A stretch of DNA of 33,855 nt from a virus. Lineage: Duplodnaviria; Caudoviricetes. Below are positions 5,153-13,497 of the stretch, in pieces. The notes under the pieces are model-generated. The model made no database searches. It saw only the letters and a list, made by a program, of their open reading frames with translations, and was not told the DNA's origin. Each line of letters opens with the position of its first letter. Within the stretch, counting starts at the first letter, position 1. Location of the stretch: the IMG/VR virus record IMGVR_UViG_3300020151_002136, positions 1 to 33,855 of that record, one strand, 5' to 3'. The translations under genes and the position numbers were made by a program.

Positions 5153-7038
5153 AAAAACTAATCCTATTCTTACTAACGGCTTTAACCGTTCTCGGAGTAT
5201 CGGCACAGTCAGCTTCAACATCACCTGGAACAGGGCACTGGGTGGTAATTGATTCTGGTTATCAAGTAGCAACTACTACTGCCGGACAAACTGTTGCCCC
5301 TTTACATTTTTACAATACTTCAACTTCTGAGAAGATTACTGGTATGCAGTATAGAGTATTTTATGATAACACTGCTTTTACAGCAGTTGTTCCTTCATTA
5401 AAGATCTCTTCAACTGATCAATATCTTCAATATGTAGATAGTAATGCTCAAGGATTCTTGACTGTTACTTTAGTTTATACAGGAACCAATGCTACTTTTA
5501 ATTATACTAATGGTGCTACTTTTGATTTAACTTTTACTCATGCTGGTAGCGCTATTTGGAATAACTTAGATTCTATTAAAACTTTAAAAGTTTCTGGTGT
5601 AAAATCATTCTCAAATAAAGCTGCTACTAATTGGGGTAATGATACTACATTAGTAGTTTACTCTTATGGTGGTCGTTTCAATCAGAAAGTATTACGTTTT
5701 GCTGCTAAGTTTAAAAACATTACAGGTTCAGATGCTAAAAACTTATGGGTATCTTTAGAAAAGAAATCACCATCAGGATCTTGGACTCAAGTAGAAGCTA
5801 AAGCAACTAACTCATTAGGTCATGTTGTATTTAAGAAATTTTTAGATACTACTTATTGGGATGTCAGAATGGTAGTTAAAGGTGATACAATGACTCCTGG
5901 ATCTGTATTCTCAACTGCCGATGCTCAAAAGATTAACCAATCTATTTTAGCTCAATATACTCCTTCAGGATTTGATTACTACACAATGGATGTTAATGGA
6001 ACTGATGGAACTATTAGTATTGCAGATGTTTATTCCGTTTATGGACGTTTAGCAGGTAGATTCTCAACTTGGCCAAATGCTAAAAAGGATGTAATGTTCT
6101 TTACAGTAGCCGAATATAATGCAATTAATGGTGCTGCTGCTAACTTAACTTCTACCTACTCTACTATTAATAATTTCAACTACACTATTGATGGTAAAGA
6201 TTCTATTACTTATTATGTAGCTGTTAAAGGTGATGCTAACGCAACTGGTTTTAAAATGGCTCGTTTAACGCCTATTAAAATTGTTAACCCAACTAATGCT
6301 AAGAACTACATCATTGACAACACCGTTCAATATGATGACGTTATAGAAACTATAGAGGTTAATATGCCTAAAGTTAAGGTTGACGAAGGTAACTTAGTTA
6401 ATGTTCCTGTTAAAATGATTACTAACGGAAAACAATTAGGTGCTGTTCAATTAGAATTAAAATATGATACTGCTTTATTAGAATTTAAGAAGATCGATTT
6501 AACTGAAAAAATGATGAATTGGACTTCATATACTAACCCAGATAATGGAGTAGTTGCTTTTGGAGCTGCTGATTTGACTAATAAAAATTTAGTTAATGAT
6601 GGTGAGCAAATTTTAGTAATGCAATTTATAGCTAAAAAACCTCAATCAGAATGGGGCACCGCTGCTTTATGGACTGGTCCTAAATTTGTGGGTGGTAATG
6701 ATGCTCGTGATATGAATATTACTCCTGCTATGGGAGTGATTGAAGTTCGCAGAATTACTAAACCTGTTAAATTATCTCAACTTGAAGATATTCTTGTATT
6801 TCCAAACCCAACTGATGGTGAAGTAATGGTTCAATTTCGTGTTGAACAAGAATCAGAAACTGAAGTTGTTGTTAGTGATGTAGTAGGAAGAAAAGTTATG
6901 GAAGTAGTTAACACTAAAATGCCTGCTGGTGAGTACAAATATGTTGTTAATTTAACTCCTTTAGCTAATGGTTTTTATTTAGTATCTGTTAAAACAGACA
7001 CACAACTTTCAACCTCTAAAATAATTATAAATAAATAA
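5149..7038 (+). CDS. secreted cohesin/dockerin-like protein with T9SS C-terminal sorting domain
   Basis: True start ATG 5149 (MKKLILFLL.. signal peptide, ATGA overlap); cohesin-like segments (ITGMQYRVFYD; VNVPVKM..LGAVQLELKYDTALLEF); dockerin-like DVNGTDGTISIAD and GDAN; C-terminal VFPNPT..GRKV..GFYLVSV..KIIINK (type A CTD). Confidence 0.8.
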   Translation: MKKLILFLLTALTVLGVSAQSASTSPGTGHWVVIDSGYQVATTTAGQTVAPLHFYNTSTSEKITGMQYRVFYDNTAFTAVVPSLKISSTDQYLQYVDSNAQGFLTVTLVYTGTNATFNYTNGATFDLTFTHAGSAIWNNLDSIKTLKVSGVKSFSNKAATNWGNDTTLVVYSYGGRFNQKVLRFAAKFKNITGSDAKNLWVSLEKKSPSGSWTQVEAKATNSLGHVVFKKFLDTTYWDVRMVVKGDTMTPGSVFSTADAQKINQSILAQYTPSGFDYYTMDVNGTDGTISIADVYSVYGRLAGRFSTWPNAKKDVMFFTVAEYNAINGAAANLTSTYSTINNFNYTIDGKDSITYYVAVKGDANATGFKMARLTPIKIVNPTNAKNYIIDNTVQYDDVIETIEVNMPKVKVDEGNLVNVPVKMITNGKQLGAVQLELKYDTALLEFKKIDLTEKMMNWTSYTNPDNGVVAFGAADLTNKNLVNDGEQILVMQFIAKKPQSEWGTAALWTGPKFVGGNDARDMNITPAMGVIEVRRITKPVKLSQLEDILVFPNPTDGEVMVQFRVEQESETEVVVSDVVGRKVMEVVNTKMPAGEYKYVVNLTPLANGFYLVSVKTDTQLSTSKIIINK

Positions 7039-7400
7039 TGGCTATCAAGGATTCAGTAAAAAAAGCATTAGGTTTTGATAAGCCTGATTTTGTTAAAGTA
7101 GATGATAAGAATCGTTTCTACTTTATGTTACAGCAAATGCAAAACAACCGTTGGAAAATTACGGTTATTGTGTTGGGTTTGTTTTTCTTTATTATTGCCG
7201 GAATTAATTCAGCTGTGTTCTTTAATATTACTATTGCTGAATCATGGAAAGAATTATTACTTATTTTATTAGGTGCTTTTGTAGGTAACTTAAATAAAGT
7301 AGTAGATTACTGGTTTAATTCTGAAGATAGAGATAAAATGTTAATTCAAAAGGTTGATGAAGAAGATGGTCAATCATTATCAAGTACACTAGATAAATAA
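7038..7400 (+). CDS. two-TM membrane protein
   Basis: Two hydrophobic helices (ITVIVLGLFFFIIAGI; LLLILLGAFVG) then VVDYWF and an acidic tail. Confidence 0.7.
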   Translation: MAIKDSVKKALGFDKPDFVKVDDKNRFYFMLQQMQNNRWKITVIVLGLFFFIIAGINSAVFFNITIAESWKELLLILLGAFVGNLNKVVDYWFNSEDRDKMLIQKVDEEDGQSLSSTLDK

Positions 7401-7406
7401 ACTAAT

Positions 7407-7730
7407 ATGTCAGAAGAAAAAGAAGAAAGCGTAATGTCAGCTACCAAAAAAGCAATTATTGGAGCTATCACTACAGCAGTTACAGCCGGCGGTGCCTGGT
7501 TTGCAACCCACTTAGGCGGTGGCGAAGAGCCTAAAAATGAAGTTAAGACTGAACAGACTGCACCTGGTGCTCCTGTTGTAATTAACTTACAAAACAACAA
7601 TACCAACCAACAAAAGCAATCAAGCGGTGGTACTAACACAGTTATTAAAGAACGTGTGATTGAAAAACCAGCTGCTGTTGCTCCTGCTCCTGCTACTAAA
7701 CCTGCTAAAGATGAAGAAGATCCTTGGTAA
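7407..7730 (+). CDS. single-TM protein with N/Q- and Pro/Ala-rich tail
   Basis: KKAIIGAITTAVTAGGAWF anchor; PVVINLQNNNTNQQKQ segment. Confidence 0.7.
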   Translation: MSEEKEESVMSATKKAIIGAITTAVTAGGAWFATHLGGGEEPKNEVKTEQTAPGAPVVINLQNNNTNQQKQSSGGTNTVIKERVIEKPAAVAPAPATKPAKDEEDPW

Positions 7731-8397
7731 TATTTTTTTAACTATCTTATTAGTAGGTTGTGGTTCTATGAAAACCACCACTGAAAAAGATGTTATTGAA
7801 ACTAAGGATATTTCAACTGTTTCTAACTATACTGATTCAATTAAGAAAACAGTACAAGTAGTAAACGTTGATATGACTAAAGTTTTAGCTTTATATCCTG
7901 ATTTACAAGAAAAAAATGTTGGACTTGGATTCGCTGAATCTGTATTGGATTATTTAGATGAAACAAATCGTTTTATATTTACTGAGGAGAAGAGTGAAAT
8001 CAAGGAAAGGATGGTAACTCAATTCAAGGCATCTAAAAAAGGTGTTTTTGAAGAACCGATTGATGGTAAAGGTAAAATCAAAGCAGCTCAATACTTTGTA
8101 TATGTAACTGTAGCTGATTTTGCTGTGGATGAAGATGAAACTGTAATGAAGGGTAAATCAACAGTTGTTGTAACTACTTTTATTCGTTTACAAGTAAGAT
8201 TTGTAGATGCTAAAACAGGTCAAATATATATCGGTTCAGGTGAAGGTGAGTCACAAAAAATAGGTGAGTCATTCTTAAAAAATCTTGATATGAAGTTTTC
8301 TCAAAGTACTGTAGGTAAAGCAACTAGAAAGTCTTTAGAGACTGCTACAACTAAAGTAATTGAAAACCTAATCAAGAATGGTATCTTTAAAAACTAA
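7711..8397 (+). CDS. CsgG/HfaB-like lipoprotein
   Basis: True start ATG 7711 (MKKILGNIFLTILLVG-C lipobox); L.ETNRF..TE, AAQYFVYVTVADF, RLQVRFVDAKTGQIY.GSGEG pattern typical of the CsgG/TolB-N-like family. Confidence 0.7.
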   Translation: MKKILGNIFLTILLVGCGSMKTTTEKDVIETKDISTVSNYTDSIKKTVQVVNVDMTKVLALYPDLQEKNVGLGFAESVLDYLDETNRFIFTEEKSEIKERMVTQFKASKKGVFEEPIDGKGKIKAAQYFVYVTVADFAVDEDETVMKGKSTVVVTTFIRLQVRFVDAKTGQIYIGSGEGESQKIGESFLKNLDMKFSQSTVGKATRKSLETATTKVIENLIKNGIFKN

Positions 8398-9799
8398 AAT
8401 ATTATTATTATTAATGATAATTGGATTGCCCCTCTGTGGGCAATCCTTTATTTATAGTTATATAGATCCGTGTACTAAACAAAATAAATTCATTAACGCC
8501 GATATAAGCGCTCCCATAGTTATCTCGTACTATGGACAAGTAAAAACGTTTACATACGCAGAATTAAGTAATGGTGTGTTTGATAATTGGATAAATGATA
8601 TTTATAATCAGTATAAAACAACATCACCTTGTCAAGGTGTAGTTACTACTACTACTACAACTACAACCACAAACACCGTTTCAAACCTTATAGGTAACGT
8701 AACGAGTTTAGTAAGTTTAGATTTTTCCTCTGTAACAGGAGGTGTATCTGGGGGTGTAGGAACAAATATAGGAGGAACTACATCATCAGGAACTGGAAGT
8801 GTAAAAAATGATAAAAAAGATGATAATAGTAATTCTAGTAGCAACAATTCTAGTAGTAGCAGTGGATCTAATTCTAACTCGGGAGGAAACCAAACGGGCG
8901 AAAATGGAGGAAATCCACCAGAAAATCAAGGCGGGTCTAATGGATCAGGAGGAGGAACAGTAGGTGGAAACAATAGTTCAGGCAATAGCTCTAATTCTTC
9001 TAGTGGTTCCAGTGGTTCTGGCTCTGGGTCAGGTACTAGTGGTGAACAACCAAAAACAGAAACAGAAAAACCTTCGGACCAGAAAGTAGAAGATACTAAA
9101 ACCGAAACACAAAAATCATCTTCAAGCGCTACAGCAAAAGCAGCAGGTAAAGGTAAAGTTGAAACAGCTAAACCAGCAATTTTAATGACTGGAGATATAG
9201 TTGGGGTTCAAACTAAATCTGATGGGGCTCAAGATGCTAGAGGTACTATGTCTTTTACTAAAGTAAAAGGAGACGGTACAGCATCTATAGGTTTTTCAGC
9301 AGATTATATGGTTAATGCTAGAATAGGTAATATATCAGCTGTAAAATCATGGATTGGTACTAATAAAAAAGGTAATAAACATATTAATGTTGTTTCTGAT
9401 GGATTAAGTATTATGCCGGATGCATTATCTAATACTTTATTATTTGTTAGAGTAAATTCAATTAAAAACTTTACTGCTTTATATGGTGGTGCTGCAACTT
9501 ATGGTAAGTTATATGGTGAGGAAATGATTTCAACCATTGCTATAGGTGGTTTTATGTATAAGGGAAAAATATCTAAAGCATTAGATGCTACAATTATCAT
9601 GGCAGGTATTTATTCTCCATACTCAAAATATTATACAGAGTCTTTATTTCAAGCAAGACCAATTATTGTACCCTTTTTAAATTTAAATTATAAATTAACA
9701 AAAACATTTGGAGTTGGCTTAACAGGAGGAGGTACTTATATTGCGGGTAAAGATGTTTTAAACTTTCAAATATTAATGGGAGCAAAAATGAAAATATGA
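8378..9799 (+). CDS. secreted protein with S/G/N-rich linker and C-terminal outer-membrane beta-barrel-like domain
   Basis: Signal peptide; small N-terminal domain with a Cys pair; poly-T then S/G/N low-complexity stretch; C-terminal about 200 aa of alternating amphipathic strands ending FQILMGAKMKI. Confidence 0.6.
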   Translation: MVSLKTKILLLLMIIGLPLCGQSFIYSYIDPCTKQNKFINADISAPIVISYYGQVKTFTYAELSNGVFDNWINDIYNQYKTTSPCQGVVTTTTTTTTTNTVSNLIGNVTSLVSLDFSSVTGGVSGGVGTNIGGTTSSGTGSVKNDKKDDNSNSSSNNSSSSSGSNSNSGGNQTGENGGNPPENQGGSNGSGGGTVGGNNSSGNSSNSSSGSSGSGSGSGTSGEQPKTETEKPSDQKVEDTKTETQKSSSSATAKAAGKGKVETAKPAILMTGDIVGVQTKSDGAQDARGTMSFTKVKGDGTASIGFSADYMVNARIGNISAVKSWIGTNKKGNKHINVVSDGLSIMPDALSNTLLFVRVNSIKNFTALYGGAATYGKLYGEEMISTIAIGGFMYKGKISKALDATIIMAGIYSPYSKYYTESLFQARPIIVPFLNLNYKLTKTFGVGLTGGGTYIAGKDVLNFQILMGAKMKI

Positions 9800-10779
9800 G
9801 ATGGATAATTATATTTTTATTATTTACTAATACTTTATTAGGCCAATTTTCCTATTCAGGTTATCTCTATAATGCTAATGGGTCAGGAGCAAGTAACGTT
9901 GCTATAAATCTTTATAGAAGAACAAACCAAACTATTACCGGATTTACTTCTCAGAACAATTATAACGGACATTCTTATTACCGTTCTACAGGAAGTGCTA
10001 CTTGGACTACGGCTAGAACTAACTGTTCTAATATGGGAGGTCACTTAGTTACTATTACTTCTTCAGGGGAACAAAATTTTTTATACACATTATGGCCTTC
10101 AGGTTGGATAGGACTAACAGATGAGGTAACTGAAGGGACTTGGAGATGGGTAACAGGAGAAACTTATTCTTATACTAACTGGAATAATGGAGAACCCAAT
10201 AACTCAGGTAATGAAGACTACGTACAGTTTGTATCTAACGGAAGGTGGAATGACTTAAACAACAATAGCAGTTTACCTTATGTACTAGAGTTTGAGTACT
10301 TAGTAACCACTTCTTCTTGGGCACTCTATAAAACCATTTATACTAACGCTTCAGGATATTATTCAATCTCAGAAGCTTACGACCCATCTAAAGAGTATTA
10401 TATAGAACTAACTGCTCCCACTAGAATTCAAGCCTATACTACTACAGACATCCAAAACATATCAAATATCATTTTAGGAAAGACTACAATCAATGGTTTA
10501 TCTTATCATAGGTTTGATGTTAATGATGATGGAAGAATAAACATTGCAGACAAATATTATGTCTCTGCTAGGAAGGCAGGTAGATTTTCTAAGTGGAGAA
10601 TAGCTCCTGATGTTAGAATCTTTACAACATCTCAGTATAGTTTAATAGCGGCTGCCAAAACAAACGTTAGAATAACTTACCCAGGAGTGAGCACTTTTAC
10701 TACAGGGACTTTAACAACAGGAGGAACATTAAATCTTTACATTATTGCTCCTGGATATGCGGGTTCTGTATCTTATTAA
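9796..10779 (+). CDS. secreted C-type lectin domain protein with dockerin-like module
   Basis: Signal peptide; GHSYY..W..AR..C...GGHLVTI...EQ.F, WIGL, EGTWRW, EPN, WND motifs; DVNDDGRINIAD dockerin-like loop. Confidence 0.85.
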   Translation: MRWIIIFLLFTNTLLGQFSYSGYLYNANGSGASNVAINLYRRTNQTITGFTSQNNYNGHSYYRSTGSATWTTARTNCSNMGGHLVTITSSGEQNFLYTLWPSGWIGLTDEVTEGTWRWVTGETYSYTNWNNGEPNNSGNEDYVQFVSNGRWNDLNNNSSLPYVLEFEYLVTTSSWALYKTIYTNASGYYSISEAYDPSKEYYIELTAPTRIQAYTTTDIQNISNIILGKTTINGLSYHRFDVNDDGRINIADKYYVSARKAGRFSKWRIAPDVRIFTTSQYSLIAAAKTNVRITYPGVSTFTTGTLTTGGTLNLYIIAPGYAGSVSY

Positions 10780-10787
10780 TATTTATA
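10779..10787 (+). promoter_or_regulatory. putative late promoter ATATTTATA
   Basis: Recurrent motif, upstream of ATG 10792. Confidence 0.55.
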
Positions 10788-10791
10788 AAGG

Positions 10792-11241
10792 ATGTTAAAC
10801 ATTCTAGCTCCTATATTATTAGCTTTAGCTCCTGTAGAACCTACATTAGTAAAAGTAAATGTAACTAATGCTCAACACATCCAAACAATTGGTGGTAGAG
10901 ATGTTACTTTTGGAGTAAAAGAAAATGTTGAAGAATTATTAATTGAAAAAGGATATACCACTGTTGACTCAGGAGTTGCTTTTGATGTTCAAGTTTCAAT
11001 TGATAGTATATATTCTCCTCAACAATTACTTAACATTGTTGGATTACAATGGTTACGTAAAGACTATATTGTAGAAACTACTATTTGCATAGGTTCAGGT
11101 TGTTTTAAAGGTAAAGGTGAAAGACGTACTTTCATTTTCGCTATGTTTTTAAATGTTGAGAATGGAGAAGTTCCACTTAACAAAAAGGCGTTCTCAAAAT
11201 CGTTACAAGAAGCTTTAATAAAAACAACAAAACAATTCTAA
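10792..11241 (+). CDS. putative exported protein
   Basis: Hydrophobic N-terminus; alpha/beta pattern with a C-terminal helix (KAFSKSLQEAL) loosely like the CsgG-like protein's C-terminus. Confidence 0.65.
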   Translation: MLNILAPILLALAPVEPTLVKVNVTNAQHIQTIGGRDVTFGVKENVEELLIEKGYTTVDSGVAFDVQVSIDSIYSPQQLLNIVGLQWLRKDYIVETTICIGSGCFKGKGERRTFIFAMFLNVENGEVPLNKKAFSKSLQEALIKTTKQF

Positions 11242-11243
11242 AT

Positions 11244-11507
11244 ATGAAACAATTTTTTAAAAATTTATTCGACGACAACAACACAATTAACGAAAAAGCT
11301 GTAGTAGGTTTTATAGCTTTTCTGTGTTTGGTATTAGCACTTATGGTTGACTTGGTAACAGGTTACATGGGAACTGCTTTGGTAATTAACGAGTTCATCT
11401 TTGATGGCTTCATGGTAATCATTTTGGGTTGCTTTGGAATTGCATCTGTAGATAAATTCATGAACAAAAAAGACAAACACGAAGAAGATAAAGATATAGA
11501 AGGTTAA
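11244..11507 (+). CDS. two-TM membrane protein, candidate holin
   Basis: 87 aa, two TM helices, charged C-terminal tail, directly upstream of the endolysin. Confidence 0.5.
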   Translation: MKQFFKNLFDDNNTINEKAVVGFIAFLCLVLALMVDLVTGYMGTALVINEFIFDGFMVIILGCFGIASVDKFMNKKDKHEEDKDIEG

Positions 11508-11510
11508 TTT

Positions 11511-12341
11511 ATGTTATTAAAAAAAGGTGATAATAATGAACAGGTAAAACAACTCCAAGTTAAACTAGGGGTTGATCCTGTGGGGAATTTTGGACCCAAA
11601 ACAGAAGAGGCTGTAAAGGCTTTTCAAGCAAAACATGGTTTAACAGCTGATGGTATTGTTGGACCTGCTACTTGGGATAAAATTATGGGTTCTGCTCCTG
11701 CGGCACCTGTTGCTCCTGCTGTAGTAGTTCCTCCTAGTTCTTTTAAATTAGATAAATTAAAAGGACATATTCCTGATTCTGTACTAGCTCAGATCCCTGA
11801 TACTGCTGCTAAATTTAATATAACTAATCCTTTAAGATTAGCTCATTTCTTAGCTCAATGCGGTCATGAATCAGGAGGTTGGAAAGCAACTTCAGAAAAT
11901 TTAAATTATTCTTCTAAAGGTTTAATGGGTATATTTAAAAAATATTTCCCTACTTTAGCTTTAGCTGAACAATATGCTCGTAAACCTATTGCTATTGCTT
12001 CTCGTGTTTATGGAGGTAGAATGGGTAATGGTGCTGAACCTACTCAAGATGGATATAAATTTAGAGGTCGTGGTTACATCCAATTGACTGGTAAAGATAA
12101 TTATTCTTCTTTTGATAAGTTTGTTCCTGAAGATATTTTAGCTAATCCTGATTTGGTTGCTACTAAGTATCCCTTAATGTCTGCTGCTTGGTTCTTTAAT
12201 AAGAATGGTTTGTGGACTATTTGTGATAAAGGAGCTGACCAAGGAACAGTAACAGGTGTTACTAAAAGAGTAAATGGTGGAACAATTGGTTTACCTGATC
12301 GTATTAAACATTTTGTAGAATATTATAATTTATTAAAATAA
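11511..12341 (+). CDS. endolysin: PG-binding domain plus GH19 (chitinase/lysozyme-like) catalytic domain
   Basis: LLKKG..V..LQ..L, FGPKTEEAVKAFQ..HGLTADGIVGPATW; HFLAQCGHESGG, ENLNYS, FRGRGYIQLTG, SAAWFF, TKRVNGG. Confidence 0.92.
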   Translation: MLLKKGDNNEQVKQLQVKLGVDPVGNFGPKTEEAVKAFQAKHGLTADGIVGPATWDKIMGSAPAAPVAPAVVVPPSSFKLDKLKGHIPDSVLAQIPDTAAKFNITNPLRLAHFLAQCGHESGGWKATSENLNYSSKGLMGIFKKYFPTLALAEQYARKPIAIASRVYGGRMGNGAEPTQDGYKFRGRGYIQLTGKDNYSSFDKFVPEDILANPDLVATKYPLMSAAWFFNKNGLWTICDKGADQGTVTGVTKRVNGGTIGLPDRIKHFVEYYNLLK

Positions 12342-12718
12342 TGAGTGAGTTTCAATTAAAAGAAGGACAAGGATATATCTATGTTGGAGAATATTTTCAT
12401 AAGTTTGGAAAAGAAGTTCCATCTGAAAAGAAAATAGGTAAAACAGATGATTTATTAAAAATTCCTCAAATCGATGATTATGCCTTTAGTTTAGATTTTC
12501 ATACACCAGATATTTACTTAGTTGATGATGTTGAAAAAATGTATAAAGCATTAACTACTATTTTAGAACATGACCAACTTAAAGAAGATTGGTTTGAAGA
12601 TACTGATGGAGATTTAAAAGATAGAGTAGCTAAATTTATGGCTGCTTTTGGTTATACTGAGATTGCAGATATAGATGGAGATGGCATTCCAGACCATCTA
12701 GATGACGTTATTGGTTGA
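12341..12718 (+). CDS. hypothetical protein, T5orf172/GIY-YIG-like N-terminus and Asp-rich Ca-binding-like tail
   Basis: GYIYVG...KIGKT; EDWF; DTDGD and DIDGDGIPDHLD. Confidence 0.5.
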   Translation: MSEFQLKEGQGYIYVGEYFHKFGKEVPSEKKIGKTDDLLKIPQIDDYAFSLDFHTPDIYLVDDVEKMYKALTTILEHDQLKEDWFEDTDGDLKDRVAKFMAAFGYTEIADIDGDGIPDHLDDVIG

Positions 12719-12760
12719 ATTTGACAACTGACGTGACCCGATTAGGGTAGTTTAATATAG

Positions 12761-12783
12761 GGCCTATATGAGAAGTATAGGCC
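12761..12783. terminator. hairpin after the lysis operon
   Basis: GGCCTATA-TGAGAAG-TATAGGCC perfect 8-bp stem; a second hairpin ACCC/GGGT lies just upstream. Confidence 0.5.
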
Positions 12784-12793
12784 ATCTATATTT

Positions 12794-13240
12794 ATGGTTG
12801 TGAACATTGATAAAATATTTGATTTATTTAACAATAAAGAGCCTGATTCTCTTAAGGAAAAATCACAGGCCGCAGATATTTTAATTCAAGATTATAAAAA
12901 CCATCCTTTATTTTGGATTGGTATGTTTAAAAAACTTATTTATAATCATGAGGTATTTCACCTTCAATTACTTAAATTCTTTGATAAATTAGATGAAGGT
13001 TTAGATCAAGTAGATATAGATAGAGCTGGAGAGTATGTAGTGTTTACTAAGGCTTGGGAGTATATTAAAAAAATAGATCCTAATAACTTACAACACCAAG
13101 AAGCCATCTACCAATTCTCAGACATACATTTAAAAACAGCTTTAGAATTAGCTATAAATTACTTTCAAGAACAAGAAGAGTATGAAAAATGCTCACATCT
13201 TCAAAAGAATTTAGAATTTGTAAAACTCCTTTTAACCTAA
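12794..13240 (+). CDS. hypothetical protein with C-terminal UVR-like helix pair
   Basis: ..YFQEQEEYEKCSHLQK; the real start may be GTG 12800 because ATG 12794 lies inside the ATATTTAT motif. Confidence 0.7.
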   Translation: MVVNIDKIFDLFNNKEPDSLKEKSQAADILIQDYKNHPLFWIGMFKKLIYNHEVFHLQLLKFFDKLDEGLDQVDIDRAGEYVVFTKAWEYIKKIDPNNLQHQEAIYQFSDIHLKTALELAINYFQEQEEYEKCSHLQKNLEFVKLLLT

Positions 13241-13241
13241 G

Positions 13242-13273
13242 TTTGGCTCACGTATTTTTCCTTGTTACATTAT
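13242..13273 (+). promoter_or_regulatory. Bacteroidota-type early/middle promoter
   Basis: TTTG(13242-45)-N20-TACATTAT(13266-73); heads the operon containing the sigma factor. Confidence 0.6.
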
Positions 13274-13296
13274 ATATACAGGGTTAAGAAAGAAAT

Positions 13297-13494
13297 ATGA
13301 AAAATAGAGAAATAATAACGAGAAGGTTAGAAAAGGCAGAGGGGCAAATAGAAAAGTTGCACTTTTATCTACAACGAGGGGGGACAACAGAACAAGTTCA
13401 AGAATCACTAGTAATACTAAGAGAAGCAATTGATGATGCTAAGGTGTTTATCCAACAAGAACCTTTAAGTCCAAACGAAGTAAATAATTATTAA
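13297..13494 (+). CDS. hypothetical helical protein, 65 aa
   Basis: ORF directly after a promoter, A-rich leader. Confidence 0.7.
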   Translation: MKNREIITRRLEKAEGQIEKLHFYLQRGGTTEQVQESLVILREAIDDAKVFIQQEPLSPNEVNNY

Positions 13495-13497
13495 TTT

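Noticed and set aside
5104-7710. ORF-track starts at 5104 and 7660 (also 1530)
   Set aside because: Downstream ATGs at 5149, 7711 and 1551 give proper signal peptides or the shared leader and normal gene overlaps
9796-10779. Diversity-generating retroelement target (C-type lectin fold)
   Set aside because: No reverse transcriptase and no template/variable repeat pair seen in the window; the domain is the EPN/WND animal-like type and is internal rather than C-terminal
4694-11241. Chimeric host-chromosome insert or prophage boundary
   Set aside because: The module is co-oriented with and tightly abutted to phage genes, is bracketed by the phage's own ATATTTAT motif, and shows no integrase or att-like repeat; read mapping would settle it
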